Assembly: GCF_006345805.1 (NCBI RefSeq)
Contig: NC_043024.1
Coordinates: 14,446,001-14,510,000, forward strand
Source: Octopus sinensis
Taxonomy: Eukaryota
DNA: 64,000 nucleotides
Reading direction: 5' to 3'
The notes beneath the pieces are model-generated. The model had not been told where the DNA came from, did no database searches, and was given only the letters and a program-made list of their open reading frames with translations. Below, piece after piece: positions 51,201-62,400 of this stretch (position 1 is the stretch's first letter; each line of letters begins with the position of its first letter). The translations under genes were made by a program, and so were the position numbers.

Positions 51201-54200
51201 TCAAATGGACAAGCTGAGTGTACAGTTCAGATAGTAAAAAATCTGTTCAAGAAAGCAGAAGCTAGTGGCCGAGATGTCTACTTAGCTCTACTTAAGTACA
51301 GAAATACACCGCTTGACATGGTCAATCTATCACCAGCTCAGATGCTAATGAGCAGGCACCTGAAGAGTTGCTTACCTGTAACTGATGCTTTGCTGAAACC
51401 TTAGGACCAGAAACAGCTACAGGGTCAGCTGAAAGTCCATCAAGACCAGGAAAAGTACTTCTATGACAGAGGTAGCAGAGAGTTACCTTTCTTGACTCCT
51501 GGACAGCAAGTCAGGATTCAAGAAAATCAGTCATGGATGACAGGAGTTGTCAAATCAGTTGATGATGCACCAAGATCCTTACAACATAATGATGTCAAAT
51601 GGAAAACAGTATCGACAAAATCGCCGTCATCTGTGGACAGCTGCTGGGAATCCAACAGCTCAACCAAATGGTGAATGTGAAGAGACTATAAACTGTGATA
51701 CAGATGAGTCTGAGACTACGGACACTATCTGTAATCAAACTGTAAGATCCGGATGAAAAATCAACATAGGCGTAGGAGTGGCTGTGTGGTAAGTAGCTTA
51801 CTTACCAACCACATGGTTTCAGGTTCAGTCGCACTGTGTGGCACCTTGGACGAGTGTCTTCTACAATAGCTTCGGGCCGACCAAAGCCTTGTGAGTGGAT
51901 TTGGTAGGCGGAAACTGAAAGAAGCCCGTCATATATATGTGTGTGTATATATATATATGTATGTGTGTGTGAATATGTTTGTGTGTCTGTGTTTGTCCCC
52001 CCAACATCGATTGACAACCGATGCTGGTGTGCTTACGTCCCCGTAACTTAGCGGTTCGGCAAAAGAGATCAAATAGAATAAGTACTAGGCTTACAAAGAA
52101 TAAGTCCTGGGGTATCGATTTGCTCGACTAAAAGGTGGTGCTCCAGCATGGCCACAGTCAAATGACTGAAACAGTAAAAGAGTAAAAAGAGTAAATTATT
52201 TACAAACAATTCAAGTATCGAAATATATACAAATTTGGTGATAAAATAGGATGAAAATATTACAGTGCAGGTTAGTTCTAGATAAGGAGTTAGGGCTTTA
52301 CATTTCAGAGAAGAAGAGGATGTGTGGCTTATATATTGGCTAGTGAAGATTGGGTCTAGATTGCTTCCAAGGATATCTAAGAGGTGGAGAATTGTCCAGG
52401 AGATTTAATATTGCATTTTGGTTGAGATACATAAATAAGTATAAAGGGTGTCACATGCCATGAGATCATCATAATAGCCCTGGTGGAAGCCCGGTTCATA
52501 ATCTTGCAACAGAGGGAACCCCAGGAAAGGCATCAATGGACCAGAACTTTGAACGTTACTTTATTGTAAGATGATACAGTGTATTTGAGATAATTTGGCT
52601 GCTATTTCTAACTGATCAAGAGACCAGCAAAGGTTCTATCATTGGCTTATTGATGCTACCAATGAGAAATGTGGTATTTTTCAGAAACATTTTGTAAATA
52701 TATGATACTCTCTTTTCTCTCTTTTACTCTCTTTTACTTGTTTCAGTCATTTGACTGCGGCCATGCTGGAGCACCGCCTTTAGTCGAGCAAATTAACCCC
52801 GGAACTTATTCTTTGTAAGCTTAGTACTTATTCTATCGGTCTCTTTTGCCGAACCGCTAAGTGACGGGGATGTAAACACACCAGCATCGGTTGTCAAGCA
52901 ATGCTAGGGGGACAAACACAGACATACAAACACATACACACACACATATATATATATACATACATATATACGACAGGCTTCTTTCAGTTTCCATCTACCA
53001 AATCCACTCACAAGGCATTGGTCGGCCCGGGGCTATAGCAGAAGACACTTGCCCAAGATGCCACGCAGTGGGACTGAACCCAGAACCATATGGTTGGTTA
53101 GCAAGCTACTTACCACACAGCCACTCCTGTGCCTATATATATATATCTTATATGAATTTTGAAAATTGCTGACTTCTATTGCTGCACAGAACATATAACA
53201 TACATATCATCTCTCACCTGGTTTATAGTAAACATTCTTTATATAAGTTGTTTAGATTTTTTGATACCAAAATATGGAATTCACAGTCAATAGTCATTAA
53301 GAAGCTCCAGATCATAACAACCAGGCGCAGGAGTGGCTGTGTGGTAAGTAGCTTGCTTACCAACCAAGTGGTTCCGGGTTTATTCACACTGCATGGATAC
53401 TTGGGCAAGTGTCTTCTACTATAGCCTCAGGCCGACCAAAGCCTTGTGAGTGGATATGCAGACAGAAACTGAAAGAAGCCCATCGTATATACATATATAC
53501 AATGGGCTTCTTTCAGTTTTTATATATATATATGTGTATGTATGTGTATGTGCATATATTTGTGTGTGTCCCCAACATCGCTTTACAACTGATGCTGGTG
53601 TGTTTCTGTCCCTGTAACTTAGCAGTTTGGCAAAAGAGACCATTAGAATAAGTACTAGGTTTACAAAAAATAAGTCCTTGGGTCGATTTGCTCAACTAAA
53701 GGTGGTGCTCTAGCATGGCCACAGTCATATATATATATGTGTGTGTATGTTTGTGTCTCTGTGTTTGTCCCCCCAACATTGCTTAACAACTGATGCTGGT
53801 GTGTTTACGTCCCTGTAACAAGTAAAAAAGTATAGAGTAAAGAGAGCTCCATGGCTCAGAATATTTTTTTCTAAAGGTATTATATTTTATTGAAAATTGA
53901 AAACTATATTTATTTGTTTACATTGAGAATAATAGGTTTCTTATGGCTTTACAGACCCGTCTTGCTAATTCAAGTGTTTCCATTCCAAGTGGAACAGAAG
54001 CCAGATCGATTTTGATTAAATTTAAACCTTCAAGTTATAAAAACATGAAAATCACTTTGTCCTTGAAAGGTTGCCTAATGAAAGGTATGTATATATTAAT
54101 GGGTATGTATATTCATTGGGTTAACATAGCTCAAAGTAGAGCTGAATCATTTTCTTTTGATATATTCTAAGATTTTACGACATGCAATAAAACAAGAAAT

Positions 54201-57200
54201 ACACTAAAAGAAATCTGGGTTTTCAATTCTCTGAATTTGATTCACTTTGCTTCCACTAAGATTGTTTTTGATGGAGATGTGAACCTCACAAATGCCCCTT
54301 TCATCTTAAATTATAAGATTATATACCTTTTCAATATTATGATAGACTATTTATGAAAATATTCTTTGACTGATTGGGGATTGGAACCTCAATGGAAATT
54401 AAGCCTGACAAGTGAAGAGATATTGTAGTAGTTTTAATTAACAAGACAATAAGATTTGTACTTTGTATACTAAGCTAAAAATTGCACCAATTAATGATAA
54501 ATTGTTTCTGAGGCATACAAGCCAGAGCTGAATTAAGTTTTGAAGTTGAAATACCAATGTAAAGCTAGGTGGAGAGGGCTGGAAGAGTTAAGTATTGTCT
54601 GAGGCTTCAGCAGGTAAGCTAATACTGCATTGAGTTGTTCAGAATTCTACACAGTAAAAATAAATTATGTTAGGTTAGGATACTGAATAATAAATGGTTT
54701 AAATTCAAAATTGTATATTGAAATTCTAGAGCAGTTATAGTGTTATGCTTTTAAGCAAATATAAATGAATCTTCTTGCATTTTACTTCATGTTTCCAATA
54801 TTAACCATAAATAATGTACAAGTGTCAGCTGAGAAGTTCATAGGCTGACCAAGATACTCACACACAATGTGACCAAATGAGGTTTGTCTTTTCAACATAG
54901 TCCCTCTTGCAGTCGATACATCTCTTCCATCGGTATTGCAGTGCTTGGATCTCATTAATAAAGAAGCTTTTATCCTGCTGGTCACAAAAAGTCATCAACA
55001 GCAGATATGATGTTATCATCACTGTCGCAGTACTTCTCAGCCAAATGTTTTTACATGCTGGGGGACAGATAATAGTCAGAGGGGAGCAAACTAAAAGAAT
55101 AGGGACAACAGTGATCAATCAGTTAAAAAACCCCAGTTATGTACAGCAGCCATTGAAACCTAGGACTTGTGTACCAGAGGATTATCACAATGAAACAAGA
55201 CCACTTTTGTCAGTTTTCTAGGGAGTTTGGTTTTGATAGCCTTTTCTAACTACCTCAACAAGTTGGCATAATACTCTCAATTGATGAGAGTATTATACTC
55301 CTTTGAAGATAGTTCATAAACACAATGCCTTTTGCATCCCAAAAACTGAGGCCATTGACTTTCCTGTTGATGAAGCAACACTGGCCTTCTTTGGAGCAGG
55401 TGAAGAGACATGTCTTCATTGCATGGTCTGTCTTTGCTTCTGGCTCAAAGTGATGAAGCCAACACTCATCCTGGCTTAGAAACCGTTCTGGGAAACCTGC
55501 TGGATCTGCTTCAAGCAATGTCAGATTTTCCTCCATCATGCCAAGTTCATTGTGCAGAACATTCTCAACCCTCTCATGGGGTATGCTAATAGTATTGGCT
55601 GTTTGGTTTATAGTCAATCATCTGTCATCCATCACCATGTGGTGAATATGATCAATGTTTTCCTCGGTGGTGACAGCTGCAGGACGTCCAGATCTTGAGT
55701 CATCTTCAAGACTCTTCCTTCACCTTCTAAATTCAGCTGCTTACTTTTCTACTGTTGATAAAGCTGGAGCATCGTCCCCTAATGTAGCAACCATGTCGGT
55801 TATGAATGTCGTTGGAGGCTAAACCCTTAATCTGTAGGTATGTGATAACACCACGATGCCAAATTTTGTCCATTTTCAAGAGAAGGCACTACAAATTACT
55901 TTTGAAGTCTTCTTTGAACAGTGAGATATCAGTTTGTTATTTCTTTATTGCCCACAAGGGGACAAACAAGGACAGACAAAGGGATTAAGTCAATTACTTC
56001 GACCCCAGTGTGTAACTGGTACTTAATTTATTGACTCCGAAAGGATGAAAGGTAAAGTCAACCTTGGCGGAATTTGAACTCAGAACATAACGGCAGGTGA
56101 AATACCGCTAAGCTTTTGCCCGGCATGCTAACGTTTCTGCCAGCTCACCGCCATAAACTGATATCTCACCGTGAGATATCAGTTTATGTGAAAAGAAACA
56201 ATACAGTTATTAATAAGAAGAGTTGGAATTAATCTAAGTAAGATTTCACATCTCTAGCATCACTCCTTCATAGTCAGCCTATGAACTTTTCAGCCCACCC
56301 TCATAACACTCTCTATCACCAGAATGCTATTTTCGTCTTTTTGTTCTCTCTTTTTCACTTAATCTGACAATTTAAATATATTTTAAGTTCAATTTTCTTT
56401 TAATTTAAAATCATACATTTTTTAGGAAAAAGTACTTGTAATTGATTATTGTTCAAAAGGTCTTACATTTAAATCATTTAAAAAGTACATTAATAAGAAG
56501 GAACTTCGTTTTCTATATTAAGTAGCTTATAAAAATGTCATCTCTGCAATGAAAATATCAACATATTAAACAAAAATATCATAAAATGATAAACCTCTTT
56601 GTTACTAGCAAAATTATAATTATTAGAGAAAAAAAACATTTATAAACCTTGATAAACCTAATTTAAAGAAAATCTCAGTATGTCCTCAATAATTTAAAAG
56701 AAATAATATTCAACTTGCAGAAATGATTTAACGTTGAGAATATTGATGATCTATAAATTATTATTTTAATGATTTAAAATTTTAAAATTAGTAATTGTTA
56801 ATTCTTATTCAATTTTACTAAAGTAATGCAATCATATAAAATTTTTTAAAATTTTCTAAATATTTTTTTTAAAATGGATAAATAAATCAAACTGCCATGT
56901 TGCCAATTGATTAATCTGAAACTGAAGATAAAGAGAATAATGTTCAACTTTCCATTGATTATTTTTTTAGTTATTCCTGTTGATTTTGAAACACCTTACC
57001 AAGGTATGGAACCATTTCATGCAAATAAAAATTCATGTAATTAAAAGTAAATTAAACATATACACATAAACGTGTATTTTTCTTTTAAACTTCATCTTTA
57101 TAGATTAGATAAATCTCATCCATTACACTCTTTCTATTTACTAGATGTTAATCTCGGTAGCAAGTGCATCCATCCACTGAAAATTTCTTTGAGAGTTCAT

Positions 57201-58809
57201 TAAGTGGCTTTACTTTCATTCCACCTTCTTACAAACCTACTTTATTCACCACTTTCTTCTCATTTTCAGATCTCATACAAAATGCTTGGATAAATCTTTC
57301 TTCCTTAGAATCACATTCCTCTCAACTCTGTCACTTTCCAATCATCTGAGTTACAACTGAGATTAATGATGTTGAGATGTCTGTTAAATACTTTGATGGG
57401 AATTAATATAAATTCTGAAATAGCGAAATATGACTATTTTTACAATGTCATCATTCTAAAAATAGTGACTTGACTACTTTGTTATTCACTTTTTAAAGAA
57501 TATATAAGGGAAAATATTTTTTCCTAAGGTTTTGAAGACAGTTATAGGATATAATAAATATTTCAAATATCTTCATTAAAGTATTTGATTCAATGTTCCT
57601 AGTTTCCCCACACAGTACAGGCAAAAACAAAGCTTATAATACCTGGAGAACTTCACCTGCTCTCCAAAACTGGGTGGTGGTTATCCAGTGAGGCAAATTT
57701 CTGCAAGACCACCCCTTGGACTGCACAAGCATGCCTTCATGTGTTGCCTTCAAGCTTTTCTGTCTCTCTTGTTGGTTCTTCTGGTTCCTCACCGAAAAAC
57801 AAACCCTCACCAGCTTCACAGAATTCTCTCCTTCTACACTTCTCAATAACAATAATAGTTCCATAGACAGCATTCCTGAAAAGAAAGCTTTCATCTTTGC
57901 TGTCCATTTTCTGTCCAACTCCACACTACACACCTCTGGCAAATTTCCAAATTATCACCTTTCACCCCACCAGGCTTATCATATTGCAAACACATGTGTC
58001 AAGTTTGAAAATACCAATGGTTTCTTGAGATTAACAACGCCACCAACTCTGATGAGGTTCTTTCCATTAAACTCAAATATTGCAACACAGAACATGCTCC
58101 TATACTCACTAAACTCATCAGTCTTTCACTTTCTACCAAAATCTATCCTGATTTTTGCATACACACAACAGTGTGTCCCATTTCTAAGAAAGCATCCCTC
58201 TAATCCTGCCAACCACATTGGACAGAATTTGAGGAAAAATTGGTAGGTAAACTTTTGACCAGTTTCATCCTCTAATTTTAACTGCTATTGTCACGATAAC
58301 CATTGCTGTTTCACACTTTCTTTCCTCGGGTTTTCCGTACACATATGCCATCATTTAAGCATTCATAACTGCGTTTCCTTTCCTACAATTGCTAGTGAAC
58401 ATTTTGCTAATGATTCATCTCTCTGGAATTGCCTCCATTCAACAAGATTTAATCTACAATAGTTAAACTTACTTAATCATGTTCAGTCTTTTTTTTTCCA
58501 GCAGTGAAATGTATGATCGCCATCGGTCAATATGCTTCTCCATTCAATTCATCATCTACTTTTTTTTATAGGACAAAATAAAATCTAAAAAATAAACTAT
58601 GCTTTTGAAACCATTCACACTATTTACCAATTTCTCTTGAGTGATTGATAAGAAAACACTCACTTACTAAATACTTATGTTAATACAAAAGAGTCAAAAT
58701 TTATTAAACTATTACACATACATAAATATATATATAATGTATGTGTGTATATATATACATACATACATATATAAAATGTATGTGTATTTATATAAATGTA
58801 TGTATATAT

Positions 58810-58856
<47 letters not shown>

Positions 58857-59463
58857 TAATACTAAGTAATTAAGGGTTTAGCAACGATTTGCCTCACCAC
58901 ACACCGAATTTAGAAATAGCAGTCAAAGAGTTATAGCTATTCTTTCTACTAAAAGGGAGATCTCAGTAAAACCACAGCACTTAAATTCGGTGTGTGGTGA
59001 GGCAAATCGTTGCTAAACCCTTAATTACTTAGTATTACTTAAACTTTCCTCGAATGAGGCTTTTACATGCCGAAATCTACTTGGTGAAATTAATGATTAT
59101 TCCAAATTAATTAATTTCACCCTATATTATTACTGATAACCATATATATATATATATTATATATATATATATATATAAGTAATACTAAGTAATAAGGGTT
59201 TAGCAACGATTTGCCTCACCACACACCGAATTTAGAAATAGCAGTCAAAGAGTTATAGCTATTCTTTCTACTAAAAGGGAGATCTCAGTAAAACCACAGC
59301 ACTTAAATTCGGTGTGTGGTGAGGCAAATCGTTGCTAAACCCTTAATTACTTAGTATTACTTAAACTTTCCTCGAATGAGGCTTTTACATGCCGAAATCT
59401 ACTTGGTGAAATTAATGATTATTCCAAATTAATTAATTTCACCCTATATTATTACTGATAACC

Positions 59464-59494
<31 letters not shown>

Positions 59495-62400
59495 TAAAGA
59501 TATATAAACTCTTTTAAAATATCTAAATAGATAAACTGTTTAAAATTATCAATTATTTCTTTAAATATTCAAATAATCTTTATATTTTTAATTTTGAATA
59601 TATTGAAAAAAAAAAAAAAATAATGGACTAGATTTTCTGTCTATATTAAACATCCCCAATATATGTTTGGTTTTATGATACACTCCAACTTTAAATTTTC
59701 ACTAAGTTTTCTGCTGTTTACTTATATTCTAAACATTAAGTAAAATAAATAAACCACTTAAAATCATTGTTGATTGATATAAACACAAAAAGAATAAATC
59801 AATTACTTCTAAAAATAGGTGTACATTGGAAGAATTGTTATTTTGTTTCTGTATTTACTTCTGGATTATTTGGTTCCTTTCTTGTGTTTACTTCTAGACT
59901 ATTTCGGTACAGTTCATAGTGAATACGGTATGTATACTTTTCTAATTAATTCATTTTGGAAATGCATTTCTCTTTTCAATGTTTGTGTTTGTTTTTGATG
60001 AAATATGTAATATTGACACTCAATTTTTTTCTTGGTCTAAGATTATAACCCAGCTGCACTATCTAATTTTGTTAGGCGTAGAAGTGACTGTGTGGTAAGT
60101 AGCTTGCTTACGAACTACATGGTTCAGGGTTCAGTCCCATATGTGACACCTTGGGCAAGTGTCTTCTACTAAAGCCTCAGACTAACCAAAGCCTTGTGAG
60201 TGGATTTGGTAGACGGAAACTGAAAGAAGCCCATCGGATATATGTATATATGTATGTGTGTGTATATGTTTGTGTGTCTGTTTTTGCCCCCCCCCCAACG
60301 TCATTTGACAACCAATGCTGGTGCATTTACACCCCCGTTGCTTAGCGGTTCGGCAAAAGGGACCGATAGAATAAGTATTAGGCTTACAAAGAATAAGTCC
60401 TGGGGTCAATTTGCTCAACTAAAAGGTGGTGCTCCAGCATGGCCACAGTCAAATGACTGAAACAAGTGAAAGAGTAAAAGAATAACTGTGACTGTAATCA
60501 TATGTTACAGTTCGATACAAAACTCAACCTCGTATTTACTCATTTTTGCCAGCTGAGTGGACTGGAGCAACGTGAAATGAAGTGTTTTGCTCAAGAACAC
60601 AATGCATCACCCGGTCCAGGAATCGAAACCACAATCTTACGATCATGATGCTGACACCCTAACCACTAAGCCATGTGCCTCCACTTCGAGGGGAAAGATA
60701 CTCTTAATATGGTGAGATCTGGGATGATAAACGAGTCTGGTATCTGTGGAAGAGTTGGTAGACAGCTCAACAGTAAAAAGAAGCAGGAACAGTTATAGTA
60801 GCAATGCAGTTGACACACAGAGTTATTATCAAAGATACTCAGTGACCAGTTGTTGATATATTAAAACATGTGTACGAGACATATGCTCATTTCAAACACT
60901 ACTCAGCTATATGTTAACCCTTTCGATACCAACCTGGCTGAATCTGGCTCTGTAGTACAAATGTCGTAGGGTGACCTGCTGTGCTTGAGGAGATTGTGGT
61001 AGTGTTACTTGTGCCGGTGGTATGTAAAAAACACCATCCGAATGTGGCCGATGCCAGCGCCGCCTTGACTGGCTTCCGTACCGGTGGCCCGTAAAAGAGC
61101 ACCAACTGATCGTGGCCACTGCCAGCCTCCCCTGGCACCTGTGCAGGTGGCATGTAAAAAGCACCCACTACACTCACGGAGTGGTTGGCATTAGGAAGGG
61201 CATCCAGCTGTAGAAACACTGCCAGATCAGACTGGAGCCTGGTGCAGACTCCTGGCTTCCCAGACCCCTTCGAACCGTCCAACCCATGCTAGCACGGAAA
61301 AAGGACGTTAAACGATGATGATGATGAATACTAGCTTAACGACAACTAAGTTATTTCATAACTTCTTTGTTATAATTAAAATTAATTGAAAGAAACACAG
61401 AGCATCTCAAAATTAATATGGTAACAAAAGAGTTAATGCTTCTAAATAAAATACATTGTTATATATAGCTATATACACAAAAGGTTTAGCTTAATGGACA
61501 ATGAATGTTTTGATATTTGAAGCCAGCTTATATACAGGTAGTCTTTTTTTTTTAACATTTTTCCATCAAGACATATTATGGCTGATGATAAAATGCAATT
61601 TTTCTGTAACCTGTTGAACATTTCCATGTATTCTAATACTCTAATACTGAACTTACATATCAATCACAATATCATGAATATTAATATTATTATAATGATA
61701 TTATAATAGCTCTCTGACAAACAGCATTATCACGAAAAGAAAACTTGAAATTGTCATTTGCTGGAAAAACGGGGATGTTTTTCTTTCACTAAACCCTTGC
61801 TGTTTGGTTACTCTTTCACTCTTTTACTTGTTTCAGTCATTTGAAACGCCTTTAGTTGAGCAAATCGAACCTAGGACTTATTCTTTGTAAGCCTAATACT
61901 TATCTTATTGGTCTCTTTTGCCAAACCGTTAAGTTATGGGGACGTAAACACACCAGCATTGGTTGTCAAGCGATGTTGGGGGCACATATACAGACACAAA
62001 CATATACACACACACATATATACAACGGGCTTCTTTCAGTTTCCATCTACCAAATCCACTCACAAGGCTTTGGTCAGCCCAAGGCTATAGTAGAAGACAC
62101 TTGCCCAAGGTGACACACAGTGGGACTGAACCCGGAACCATGTGGTTTGTAAGCAAGCTACTTACCACACAGCCACTCCTACACCTAATTAAATCTTCTA
62201 TAAGACTTAAAGCGTAAATCTAAAGCATTGAATTTTTCTACGAATGTTAGCAGTGTAAAATAGTTTATAATAAAATGGTTTGCTTCCCCTTTTCAGTTAC
62301 AAAAAAGATTAAATCACCTGTGTCTTCAGAAGGTAAGTAAATTTAACACTACAATTATTATAACAAAGGTCTTCACTGTTTATATTTATCTATTCTATCA

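Noticed and set aside
58502-58510. Possible 9-nt micro-exon after a strong polypyrimidine tract (also a 12-nt candidate at 57145)
   Set aside because: Too short and donors too weak to support without RNA data.
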